Below are positions 1 to 9,002 of a stretch of DNA of 64,000 bases, piece after piece; position 1 is the first letter of the stretch; each line of letters starts with the position of its first letter. The notes under the pieces were generated by a model that searched no databases, was not told where the DNA came from, and saw only the letters and a program-made list of their open reading frames with translations. Location of the stretch: the NCBI GenBank assembly GCA_963707505.1, contig CAVPQB010000004.1:768001-832000 (forward strand), read 5' to 3'. Origin of the DNA: an uncultured Gemmatimonadales bacterium (lineage in GTDB: Bacteria; Gemmatimonadota; Gemmatimonadetes; Gemmatimonadales; Gemmatimonadaceae). The position numbers and the translations under genes are program-made.

Positions 1-2
1 GC

Positions 3-764
3 GATTATCGGGAGGGCCGGCACGCGTTTCGCATCACGGACACAGGGCTCAAGATATTTCCCCGCCTCGTAACGCCGACGTTCGAAACCTATACGCCACT
101 GCTGGAGCGGACGGGTACCGGGGTTGAAGGCCTGGACGAGATCATGGGCGGCGGCGTGTGGCGGGGCAGCACAACGCTTCTCATCGGACCGACAGGCGCG
201 GGCAAGTCGACCGTCGGCCTCCAGTTCGCACTGGAGGCGCATCGTCGCGGCGAGTCGGTGCTCTTTGTGAACTTTCAGGAGAATCCCGCGCAGGTGCAGC
301 GCATGATCCGGGCGCTTGGTGTGGATCCAGTACGTGCTTACGGAACGGGTTTTCATCACCTCTACACGTCACCTGTAGAGTTGCAGATAGACAGTGTCAT
401 CGTCGCGATCTTCGATTTCATCGAGACGGAAAAGGTGCAGCGTGTCGTGATCGATGCGGTCGGTGATCTCTCGACGGCGGCGAGTGATCCACAGCGCCTG
501 CATGATTTCCTGTATTCACTCGTTCAGCATTTTGTGGTCAGGAACGTGACCACACTACTCAACCTCGAGTCGGCACGGGGCGTCTCGGGCGGAAGGGAAG
601 ACCAGCAGCGCTGGAGTTACATGTCGGACAACGTGTTGCTGATGGAACGTGCAGACGGCGGCGCTGCGGAGCGGACCATACGAGTAGTCAAGACGCGCAA
701 CAGCGATCATGACCAGCTGCCACACCCTGTGGAGATTCGACCCGATGGCGTTCACGTTCTCTGA
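3..764 (+). CDS. KaiC/RAD55-like RecA-fold ATPase, 5'-truncated by the window edge
   Basis: The frame is open from base 3 (DYREGRHAFRITDTGLKIFPRL...TGVEGLDEIMGGG). Walker A GPTGAGKS, Walker B VVIDA, and VVKTRNSDH...VEIRPDGVHV match a KaiC C-terminal domain. Confidence 0.85.
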   Translation, partial: DYREGRHAFRITDTGLKIFPRLVTPTFETYTPLLERTGTGVEGLDEIMGGGVWRGSTTLLIGPTGAGKSTVGLQFALEAHRRGESVLFVNFQENPAQVQRMIRALGVDPVRAYGTGFHHLYTSPVELQIDSVIVAIFDFIETEKVQRVVIDAVGDLSTAASDPQRLHDFLYSLVQHFVVRNVTTLLNLESARGVSGGREDQQRWSYMSDNVLLMERADGGAAERTIRVVKTRNSDHDQLPHPVEIRPDGVHVL

Positions 765-821
765 GTTCTTGAGCGAGCGTACATATCATCTGGAGCGCGC
801 AGGACCGCGGTCCTCGATGCA

Positions 822-2123
822 ATGATGGACGACGTTGAGCGTCCTGGTCGCGTCGAGGACCTGCACGAGCTGACTCGACTCAGCCGGGAGTTCACGTACG
901 CCAAGTCGCTGGATGACATTCTCCATCTGGCGGTTGCGCAGGCGGCGCAGCTTTTGAGATCCGAGAAGGCCGTGCTGATGCTGACGGATGAGGACGGACT
1001 TCTCCGTGTACGTGCGGCTGTAGGCGTGGATGACCAAGTCGTTGAGCGTTTCGGGCACCCCGCAAATGAAGCGCTGGTGAGTCGCCTGAGTGGACTGCTG
1101 GGCGCCAATCTCGCTGGCGGCTTCGTCGGCGTCCCGCTGGTTTCGCAGGGAAAAGTCGTAGGACTTCTGGCGACGGTGCGGCCGGATGGACTTGCGCCCT
1201 CGGACGAGGACGAGTGGTTGCTCGCTGCGCTGGCCGACCAGGTTTCCGCCCCGCTCGAGAACGCCCGACTCGCGAAGCAACTCGCGAGCTCTGCGTTGCT
1301 CACAGACAACGTACGGCTTTATGAAGCCGAACGCGCGGCGCGTCTCACTGCAGAGGCGGCACTTCGCCAGGCCGAGGCGGCGCGCGACGCGGCATTGCAC
1401 GCGGATATGAGCAAGACGTCGTTTCTTGCAGCGATGAGCCATGAGCTGCGCACACCATTGAATGCGATCGGCGGCTACGTCGAGCTACTCGAAATGGGAC
1501 TGCGCGGCCCAATCACCGCGGAACAGGCAGACGACCTCACGCGCATCAAGGCGAGCCAGCGGCACCTGCTTCGCCTCATCACTGAGGTCCTGGATTACGC
1601 GCGACTCGGCTCCGGTCACACCGAACTGCGATTCGATGATGTCGATCTCAGCGAGATCCTGCGCGAAGCCGAAGTGATGACCATGCCGCAGATCCAGGCG
1701 CGCGAGCTGGAATATGCGTATGACGCGCCCGACTGTAACGTCATCGTCCGCGCCGATCCCCACCGGCTGCAGCAGATCGTGTTGAATCTCCTCAGCAATG
1801 CCATCAAGTTCACCGAACCTGGCGGCACGATACGCATGACGTGCGGGATCGGGAGCGATGATGCGTCCGGGAGCGGCAGGAGCGTGCGCGTTTCAGTGAA
1901 GGATACGGGAAGGGGGATACCGTCGGATCAGATCGATGGCATCTGGCAGCCATTCGTTCAGGTCGGGCGAAAGCTGAATCAGCCGGGTGAGGGAGTCGGA
2001 CTGGGGCTGGCCATCAGCCGGGATCTCGCACGGCGACTTGGCGGTGAGCTGAGCGTAACCAGCGAGCCTGGCCGCGGATCTGAGTTCACGCTCACGCTGC
2101 CGGTGTTACGCTTCGGTCGGTAG
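822..2123 (+). CDS. GAF-domain sensor histidine kinase
   Basis: N-terminal GAF-like region, H-box SHELRTPLN, N-box NLLSNAIKFT, G boxes DTGRGI and GVGLGL. Confidence 0.92.
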   Translation: MMDDVERPGRVEDLHELTRLSREFTYAKSLDDILHLAVAQAAQLLRSEKAVLMLTDEDGLLRVRAAVGVDDQVVERFGHPANEALVSRLSGLLGANLAGGFVGVPLVSQGKVVGLLATVRPDGLAPSDEDEWLLAALADQVSAPLENARLAKQLASSALLTDNVRLYEAERAARLTAEAALRQAEAARDAALHADMSKTSFLAAMSHELRTPLNAIGGYVELLEMGLRGPITAEQADDLTRIKASQRHLLRLITEVLDYARLGSGHTELRFDDVDLSEILREAEVMTMPQIQARELEYAYDAPDCNVIVRADPHRLQQIVLNLLSNAIKFTEPGGTIRMTCGIGSDDASGSGRSVRVSVKDTGRGIPSDQIDGIWQPFVQVGRKLNQPGEGVGLGLAISRDLARRLGGELSVTSEPGRGSEFTLTLPVLRFGR

Positions 2124-4493
2124 CCCAGTCGGCAGCATCGTGCTCACCGTGCTCGTCGTCAGGACCGTGTGCACAGCTTCGATCGGAGGCTGAAAGATCG
2201 AAAACTGATCCGCATCCGCAAACACGGTTGTGAAATCCAGGGGTGTGAATGCACGGGCGAGTCTCTGGGCATACGTCGTGTGCAGCAGCCTCACGTAATA
2301 GTCGATCGAATAGTCACGTGGATCTTCTTCAGCACTGTCTTCCTCGTGCGAAGAGAGCAGGCCGTACTCGCCGTTCTGCCTGCGATACACACGAATCCGG
2401 TCGCCGACGCTCCACGTCGTGCGACCGGCACCAATCAACGCCTCGTACGGGATCTCGCGGCGCCTCGTTCTGTTGGCGAGATAATCCTGCGGTGACTTGG
2501 AGAGACGGAGTCGTGCGGAAACCTCGTGCGTCGATAGCGTCCGCGTCTGAAGCGCGGTGATCGTGGACAGGTAAGCTTTCCTGACTCCCACCACATCGTT
2601 GGCGAGGAGTCGCGCGATTGCGTTCCGAAGAAAAGCTTCGCCGAATGGCTCCGAGCGACTCGATCTGAACGCGACCCCGCGAAGCAGCAGAGTCCCGTCG
2701 TATCCGAGCAGCGCATAGTTCTTGGGCTCGTGCGATAGCATCGCCGCGTATCGACCCTCGAACTCGAGCTGGACGAGCGGGGGCAGCAGCGTGGCGACCT
2801 CAGCGACGACGCGGCGCTCGTCCGCCTCGTCCCATGTTGCAGGCACCGCGAAGTACACGCCATCGGTATCAGCCTCGAGTAGCGTCACGCCGCGTACCGC
2901 GAGCTCCCGGCACAGTAGTGCAAGCACGTCACGCCCGCGGCGCGTGACCTCGTTGGCTGCGTGGATGTCGGCGAATCGCGTGAGGCCTCCGGCGGCGAGA
3001 TAGCCGTATGCGGAATTCACGACGATCTTGAGTGCGGCGGACATCGCCTCGTTGCTGTGCCGCTCAGTCGATTGCGGAGCCGCGATCCGGGCGCGAGCCT
3101 TGGCTTCGAGCCTGCGTTCGACGAGACCGTCGACGAGAGCAAGCAGCACGCCGAGCCGGTCGCGCGATGGACCGATGCGATATGCACGCATGAGCGAAGG
3201 ATACAGGCTCGCGACGTCGGTCTTCACGACGCGGTGCGCGACGCCGGCCGCGAAGAGATGCAGAGCCGCGCCGCTATGCGAAGTCCCGTCGCCCGGCTGA
3301 TGTGCGGGGAGCGCCGCGCCCGCGCGAATGTACGCGCGCACTATCAACGGATCGATGACACCGGTTGCCGCTCCGGCATCTGCGAGCCGTTCGTAACGAC
3401 GCGGAACCATCTGAGCCAGCGCATACGCCGCACCGCCGAGCAGGCGTGATAGCTGCGCGACTTCCTCGACGTCGTCCGTCGCGTAGCGTCGAACGCGGTC
3501 GGGGTCGGTACGAAATGTCGTGTAGATCTGATCGCCTCGGATGTACTCGCGATCAGGTGCGGCGATCCCGAGATGTTTCGCGACAGCCTTCAATCCATGG
3601 CTCGGCAGTTCGCGGGTCGAGAAGTCGTAGCGTCGTACCGCATCGAGCGTGTCGATCAACTCGCGGCCAGGGGCGACGAACCTTACGCGTCTTCGATCGC
3701 CAGGGTCGCTCGATCGGACGCCGCGCCGCGCAGCGCGTTGGCGCAACCCCGCGCTCGCGACTCGGCCAAGAGAAAGCGAAACGCCAAGCATGCGCGAGCG
3801 CTGGTCGAGGAAGGGAAGATCGAAGCCGTGAAGGTTGTGATTTTCGATCACGTCCGGATCGGCTGTACGAACGCGTTCGACGAGACGGCGGATCAGATCG
3901 GCTTCCGCTGCGTTGTCGTCGCCCGCTGCCTCGAGCACTTCCGTATCGCCGGTGTGGTAACGGATCGAGACCATGAAGATGCGATCGCGTCGTGCGTCGA
4001 GTCCCGTGGTCTCGAGGTCGAATTGCATGCGATGCAGGCGATCGAACGGAAGGTCGCGAAAGTAATTGCGGCCCGTCGCGACGAGATATTGCTCTTCCGG
4101 TGGCAGAGACAGCACACTCTGCTGTCCCAGCTCGCTTACATGATCGATGCGCCGGCCAATTCTTTCCGATGCGCCACGCAGGACAGCCGACGCGAGTGCG
4201 CGACCATCGTTCGCGCTTACGAGATGACGGAGTGCGCCGGGCCCATCCAGCTCGCGGTGGCGGAACGCAGCATTCGGGGCGTCACCATGATCGAGCCTGT
4301 CGCCAAGATGATTTAGATCCTCGATGTGCGCAAGCAGCATCCACGGGCGAAAGCGCTCCTGCTCGCGTACCAGTGTGTCGTTTTCCGCAACACGGCGCCA
4401 CACCGTCGCGTGTCCATCCTGATCCGCGTGGATGGATACGATTCCCGGTGTGGCGTCCCAGCCCCACAGCCACTCTGCCGTTGCCGCGTTCAT
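2106..4493 (-). CDS. Family B DNA polymerase with 3'-5' exonuclease domain
   Basis: ExoI FDLETTG, ExoII NHNLHGFDLPFL, ExoIII RYATDD; polymerase motifs A DVASLYPS, B KIVVNSAYGY, C EADTDG. Confidence 0.9.
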   Translation of the reverse strand: MNAATAEWLWGWDATPGIVSIHADQDGHATVWRRVAENDTLVREQERFRPWMLLAHIEDLNHLGDRLDHGDAPNAAFRHRELDGPGALRHLVSANDGRALASAVLRGASERIGRRIDHVSELGQQSVLSLPPEEQYLVATGRNYFRDLPFDRLHRMQFDLETTGLDARRDRIFMVSIRYHTGDTEVLEAAGDDNAAEADLIRRLVERVRTADPDVIENHNLHGFDLPFLDQRSRMLGVSLSLGRVASAGLRQRAARRGVRSSDPGDRRRVRFVAPGRELIDTLDAVRRYDFSTRELPSHGLKAVAKHLGIAAPDREYIRGDQIYTTFRTDPDRVRRYATDDVEEVAQLSRLLGGAAYALAQMVPRRYERLADAGAATGVIDPLIVRAYIRAGAALPAHQPGDGTSHSGAALHLFAAGVAHRVVKTDVASLYPSLMRAYRIGPSRDRLGVLLALVDGLVERRLEAKARARIAAPQSTERHSNEAMSAALKIVVNSAYGYLAAGGLTRFADIHAANEVTRRGRDVLALLCRELAVRGVTLLEADTDGVYFAVPATWDEADERRVVAEVATLLPPLVQLEFEGRYAAMLSHEPKNYALLGYDGTLLLRGVAFRSSRSEPFGEAFLRNAIARLLANDVVGVRKAYLSTITALQTRTLSTHEVSARLRLSKSPQDYLANRTRRREIPYEALIGAGRTTWSVGDRIRVYRRQNGEYGLLSSHEEDSAEEDPRDYSIDYYVRLLHTTYAQRLARAFTPLDFTTVFADADQFSIFQPPIEAVHTVLTTSTVSTMLPTGLPTEA

Positions 4494-4529
4494 GCGTACG
4501 GTGTGAGAGCCGACTTCCGCCCTGACGTG

Positions 4530-5327
4530 CTAGGGGATCTGTGCGGGATCGAATATCGCGGGCGGGGCGTCGATGTTCGCCTTGATGTCGCGATAGACTT
4601 CGCGCTGGAGCAGCTTGCCGCCCTCCTCGATGGAGACGTCGCGCGAGATCCATCCGCCGCCGAGCGGTGCGTAGTCGCCGAACGTCACCGTGGCCGTTTT
4701 CGTCGTGTCGCGGATACCGCGCATGATGGAGTGGACGTAGACGAGCCGCTCCTTGTCGATCCAGAATTGCGGAGTCGTCGTATCGCCAGCCTTGGCACCG
4801 ACGATCCATACCGGCCGCCCATCCCAGCTTCCTTGCGATAGCACGTTCAGATCGTATCCCTGTTCGCGCAGCACCGCGGCGGAAGTATCGACCGGCTGGC
4901 GATAGACGTCGAAGCCGAGCACAAGGAGATCATTCCGCAACTTGCGTCCCTGCCACGGGCCACCGTTGCGCCGACTGTAGAGGGAATCCTTGCGGTAGAT
5001 GCTGACGTTCCTGTCGTCATTCGCGAGACGACGGATGCGCAGATAGCCAGGCACGGACGCCGTTTCCCACCACGTCTGACGTACGACGGAATCGTTGGGG
5101 AGATGGACCTCTGTCGATTGCGTGAAGCTGAGCGAGTGATACCAGCTCGTGGCGTACCGGTCGTGCATGCGTTGAAGCAGCTCTACCCCTGAGGATGGAG
5201 CCTTCGCTGCATTCTGGGCACCTGCTACGCGAACGCTGGCACCGGTCAGGCACAAGAACGCCAACGCCGTCACCAGGGATAGCGCGCGTAGATGGCGTTG
5301 GGCTGGACGACCGCTGGTGGGTAGCAT
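4530..5327 (-). CDS. Exported hypothetical protein (possibly LolA/lipoprotein-sorting-like fold)
   Basis: ORF with a signal-peptide-like segment (ALSLVTALAFLCLTGASVRVAGA) and a beta-rich body (QFWIDKERL). Start is uncertain; the ATG of MLPTSG was chosen. Confidence 0.6.
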   Translation of the reverse strand: MLPTSGRPAQRHLRALSLVTALAFLCLTGASVRVAGAQNAAKAPSSGVELLQRMHDRYATSWYHSLSFTQSTEVHLPNDSVVRQTWWETASVPGYLRIRRLANDDRNVSIYRKDSLYSRRNGGPWQGRKLRNDLLVLGFDVYRQPVDTSAAVLREQGYDLNVLSQGSWDGRPVWIVGAKAGDTTTPQFWIDKERLVYVHSIMRGIRDTTKTATVTFGDYAPLGGGWISRDVSIEEGGKLLQREVYRDIKANIDAPPAIFDPAQIP

Positions 5328-5454
5328 GTCTGTGATCGGTGGGGGTGATTGCCACGATGTCACCGCGGCACGACTCTCGTTCAACTTACGTATCTGGCGA
5401 CCGGCGCAGCAAGTTGCGATAGACGCGCGTTACTCGCCGATTGTCAACGCAAGA

Positions 5455-5477
5455 AGGGCCACCTTGTGGGTGGCCCT
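5455..5477 (-). terminator. Probable intrinsic terminator after tRNA-Asn
   Basis: 9-bp stem agggccacc/ggtggccct followed by TCTT on the minus strand, about 30 bp downstream of the tRNA. Confidence 0.55.
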
Positions 5478-5508
5478 CGAGTCGATCGGACTGCGATTGT
5501 GTGACTAG

Positions 5509-5582
5509 CTCCCCAGGTAGGACTTGAACCTACGACCCTTCGATTAACAGTCGAATGCTCTAACCAACTGAGCTACTGGGGA
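5509..5582 (-). tRNA. tRNA-Asn (GTT); CCA not encoded
   Basis: Reverse complement TCCCCAGTAGCTCAGTTGGTTAGAGCATTCGACTGTTAATCGAAGGGTCGTAGGTTCAAGTCCTACCTGGGGAG forms a cloverleaf with anticodon GTT and T-loop GTTCAAGTC. Confidence 0.97.
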
Positions 5583-5663
5583 ATGTCCCACCGGATCTGT
5601 TCCGGTGGAGACCTACCAATTTAGCGCGGCACCCGGCCAAGCTCAACTGCAGACGCGATCGAG

Positions 5664-8561
5664 TTATCCGGCCCGTAACGTCTTTGATCCGCCACGCGTT
5701 GTACCCCGCTGAGACGCGGCCGGTGCTTCGCGGATTGGATCTCCTGCCGCCAGCAGCGGTGCGAGCCATCGGCCGGTATGCGACCCCTTCACCTTCACGA
5801 TCTCCTCGGGCCGGCCCATCGCCACCAGCTGGCCACCTCCATCCCCGCCTTCCGGGCCCATGTCGATGACCCAATCCGCCAGCTTGATCACGTCGAGGTT
5901 GTGCTCGATAAGCACCATCGTGTGACCCGCGGAGACGAGACGATCCAGCACGAGCACGAGCTTGCGGATGTCGTCCAGGTGCAGACCTGTGGTCGGCTCG
6001 TCCATGATGTAGAGCTTGCGGCCGCCCTTCTTGCTCGCGACCGCAAGCTCGCGCGCGATCTTGATGCGCTGAGCCTCACCGCCGGATAGTGTCGTTGCTG
6101 GCTGTCCGAGTCGGAGATAGCCGAGTCCGACTTGTTGCAGATGCCAGAGTGCCTGACCGAGTTTTTCCTCGCGCGCAAAGAACCGTATCGCCTGATCCAC
6201 TGTAAGCTGCAGCACGTCGTCGATGTTCTTTCCGTTGACGCGCACTTCGAGCACGGGTGCCTTGAAGCGCCGGCCGCCGCATTCGTCGCATGGAACGAAC
6301 ACGTCGGCCATGAACACCATCTCGACTTCCGTGTAACCCGCTCCCTCGCACTTGCTGCAACGCCCGCCTTCGACGTTGAAGCTGAACGTGCCTGGCGTGT
6401 ACTTGCGTTGACGCGACAGCGGCGCGTCCGCAAAGATCGCTCGAATCTCGTCCATCGCCTTGATGTACGTCACCGGATTCGACCTCGGCGAGCGTCCGAT
6501 CGGACTCTGATCGATCATCACTACGTCGTCGATTGCCTCGACGCCGCTGATGCTCTCATATGCACCGACGGCCTCACCGAGATGGCGCTTCGCCGAATGC
6601 TCACCCTGCGTGTGAGTTTCGAGCGCGTGGTACAGAACGTCGTGCACGAGCGTGCTCTTTCCGGATCCTGATACGCCGGTGACTACGGTCATCGCGCCGA
6701 CCGGAATCTTCACATCGACGCCGTGAAGGTTGTGCTCGCGCGCACCGTTGAGCGCGATCCAGCGCGGCCCCACCCGTCGTCGCTCTTCCGGTAGTGGAAC
6801 AGACAGCTCACCACTCAGATATTTTCCGGTGAGTGGACTCTCCGCGATTCGCGACATGGGTCCGGCGAACATCACGGATCCTCCATGCGCACCGCTGCCA
6901 GGGCCCAGCTCCACCATGTAGTCTGCGACTTCCATCGCTGCGGGATCGTGCTCGACGACGATCACAGTGTTACCTGCGTCGCGCAGCCTGCGTAGCAATG
7001 ACAGCAGCCTGTTCATGTCGCGCGGATGCAATCCGACCGACGGCTCATCCAGCACGTACAGTGTATCGACGAGACGCGAGCCGAGCGAATTGGCGAGTCC
7101 GATGCGCTGCGCCTCACCGCCCGAAAGTGTACGCGTCGAGCGGTTCAGCGTGAGATAGTCCAGTCCCACGTCTCGCAGAAAACGCACGCGGTCGCGCGAC
7201 TCGCGGAGAATCATCTCAGCGATCGCAAGCTCGTAATCGCTGAGCTCCAGCGTCTCGAGCCACTCGCTCAACCTGTCTATCGGAAGCTCGGCGACCTGCG
7301 CGATGTTTCGGCCGCCGATCAGCACGTTCAGAGACTCCGGCTGAAGCTTGGCACCATGGCATGCAGGGCATTCCTGTGCGGTCTGGTACTGCCTGAGAAA
7401 GACGCGTATGTACTGCTTGTACCGCTTCTCTTCCAGCGCGCGAAGGAACGGGAATATGCCGACGTATCCGCGACGCGCTTCGGTGTTCAGAAGCATTTCA
7501 CGTTGCGGCGACGACAGCTCGGCCCACGGTACATCCATCGGTATGCGATTCTTCTTCGCGAATTCCGCAAGCGTCCTGCGCTTGTTGTCGTAGCGCGGCT
7601 TGGTCCACGGCTCGATCGCACCATCACGAAGCGATCGCTCGGGATATGGAATCACGAGCGATTCGTCGTACTCGAGTATCGCGCCGAATCCATTGCAACG
7701 CGGACATGCGCCGCGCGGATTGTTGAACGAGAACAACTGCGGAGTCGGAGCCGGAAGACGCGTTCCGTCGTTGGCACACTCGAAGCGATCCGTGAATCGG
7801 AGCCGCGTGACCATCTCGCCATTCAATGGGGAACGCACCGGCGTGGTGAACACGATCACTACGTCGCCGTCACCTTCGCGGAACGACGTTCCGATCGATT
7901 CCGCGAGGCGACTGCTTGCATCGGGCTTCACCGACAGTCGGTCGACGACGACGAGCAGCTCCTTTGCGCGAGTGAGGTCCTCGTCTGCGCCGATCTCATC
8001 CAGCGACTTGATGGTACCATTCACCGACACACGCAGAAATCCCTGCGCGCGCAGATTCTCGATCACGACCGGCGTGGTAACGCGCGCGGAAAGTTTGAGC
8101 GGAAATGTCACCGCAAAGCGCGTTTCCGGCGCAAGCGACAACACTGTATCCGTAACTGATGAAACCGAATCGGGTCGCATCTCCCGGCCGCACCTGGGAC
8201 AGAACGTGCGGCCGATCCGGGCCCACATCAAACGCAGGTAATCGTAGATCTCGGTTGCCGTTCCAACGGTGGACCGCGATGTCTTGGTAGGATTCTTCTG
8301 CTCGATCGCTACTGCTGGCGACAGGCCCTCGATCGAATCGACGTCCGGCTTTTCCATGCGCTCGAGGAACTGGCGCGCATACGCGGACAGCGACTCGACG
8401 TACCGGCGCTGCCCTTCGGCGTAGATGGTATCGAACGCGAGCGATGACTTCCCGGAACCTGAAGGCCCCGTGATCACCGTATAGCTTCGCCTCGGTATCT
8501 CGAGGTCGAACCCTTTCAGATTATGCTGCCGAGCCCCACGGACAACCAGATGATCCTTCAC
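5664..8561 (-). CDS. uvrA: Excinuclease ABC subunit A (possibly a second UvrA paralog)
   Basis: [31 protein letters not shown], two ABC ATPase cassettes (LSGGEAQR twice) and CxxC zinc modules. Confidence 0.95.
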   Translation of the reverse strand: MKDHLVVRGARQHNLKGFDLEIPRRSYTVITGPSGSGKSSLAFDTIYAEGQRRYVESLSAYARQFLERMEKPDVDSIEGLSPAVAIEQKNPTKTSRSTVGTATEIYDYLRLMWARIGRTFCPRCGREMRPDSVSSVTDTVLSLAPETRFAVTFPLKLSARVTTPVVIENLRAQGFLRVSVNGTIKSLDEIGADEDLTRAKELLVVVDRLSVKPDASSRLAESIGTSFREGDGDVVIVFTTPVRSPLNGEMVTRLRFTDRFECANDGTRLPAPTPQLFSFNNPRGACPRCNGFGAILEYDESLVIPYPERSLRDGAIEPWTKPRYDNKRRTLAEFAKKNRIPMDVPWAELSSPQREMLLNTEARRGYVGIFPFLRALEEKRYKQYIRVFLRQYQTAQECPACHGAKLQPESLNVLIGGRNIAQVAELPIDRLSEWLETLELSDYELAIAEMILRESRDRVRFLRDVGLDYLTLNRSTRTLSGGEAQRIGLANSLGSRLVDTLYVLDEPSVGLHPRDMNRLLSLLRRLRDAGNTVIVVEHDPAAMEVADYMVELGPGSGAHGGSVMFAGPMSRIAESPLTGKYLSGELSVPLPEERRRVGPRWIALNGAREHNLHGVDVKIPVGAMTVVTGVSGSGKSTLVHDVLYHALETHTQGEHSAKRHLGEAVGAYESISGVEAIDDVVMIDQSPIGRSPRSNPVTYIKAMDEIRAIFADAPLSRQRKYTPGTFSFNVEGGRCSKCEGAGYTEVEMVFMADVFVPCDECGGRRFKAPVLEVRVNGKNIDDVLQLTVDQAIRFFAREEKLGQALWHLQQVGLGYLRLGQPATTLSGGEAQRIKIARELAVASKKGGRKLYIMDEPTTGLHLDDIRKLVLVLDRLVSAGHTMVLIEHNLDVIKLADWVIDMGPEGGDGGGQLVAMGRPEEIVKVKGSHTGRWLAPLLAAGDPIREAPAASQRGTTRGGSKTLRAG

Positions 8562-8604
8562 CCTTGAAAGATAGCGAGTAGGGGCGAAGAAAGGCCGTAG
8601 GAAG

Positions 8605-8636
8605 GCGTGGAAGGCTGGTCGATCCGCCTTCCACGC
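8605..8636 (-). terminator. Hairpin downstream of the GlsB-family gene
   Basis: 11-bp inverted repeat gcgtggaaggc/gccttccacgc with a pyrimidine-rich tail on the minus strand. Confidence 0.5.
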
Positions 8637-8650
8637 GCCCTCCGATCAGG

Positions 8651-8917
8651 TCAGACCGTGGTGGTACGCCCGCGGACGCTCATGCGATAGATCCAGAGCA
8701 GGATCAGCGCGCCGACGATGGCCAGAACGAGGCTCCACAGCGAAAAGCCGGTGAGGCCTACGCCGGTGATCATACCACCGATCCAGCCGCCGATGAAGGC
8801 GCCGATGATCCCGATGATCATCGTTACGACTATCCCACCAGGGTCGGTCCCCGGCGAAATGGCCTTCGCGATGGCACCCGCCAGCAAGCCGAGTATGATC
8901 CAGGCAATGATGCTCAT
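8651..8917 (-). CDS. GlsB/YeaQ/YmgE family (transglycosylase-associated) membrane protein
   Basis: MSIIAWIILGLLAGAIAKAISPG..PGG...IIGIIGAFIGG pattern; GGAGG RBS upstream of ATG 8917. Confidence 0.9.
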   Translation of the reverse strand: MSIIAWIILGLLAGAIAKAISPGTDPGGIVVTMIIGIIGAFIGGWIGGMITGVGLTGFSLWSLVLAIVGALILLWIYRMSVRGRTTTV

Positions 8918-9002
8918 ACAACCTCCGATATGGTGGAAAGACGACACATATCAGCATGGCAACCACCGTACCACAATCGCGCGCGGTTAGATTGAAAGCC
9001 GC

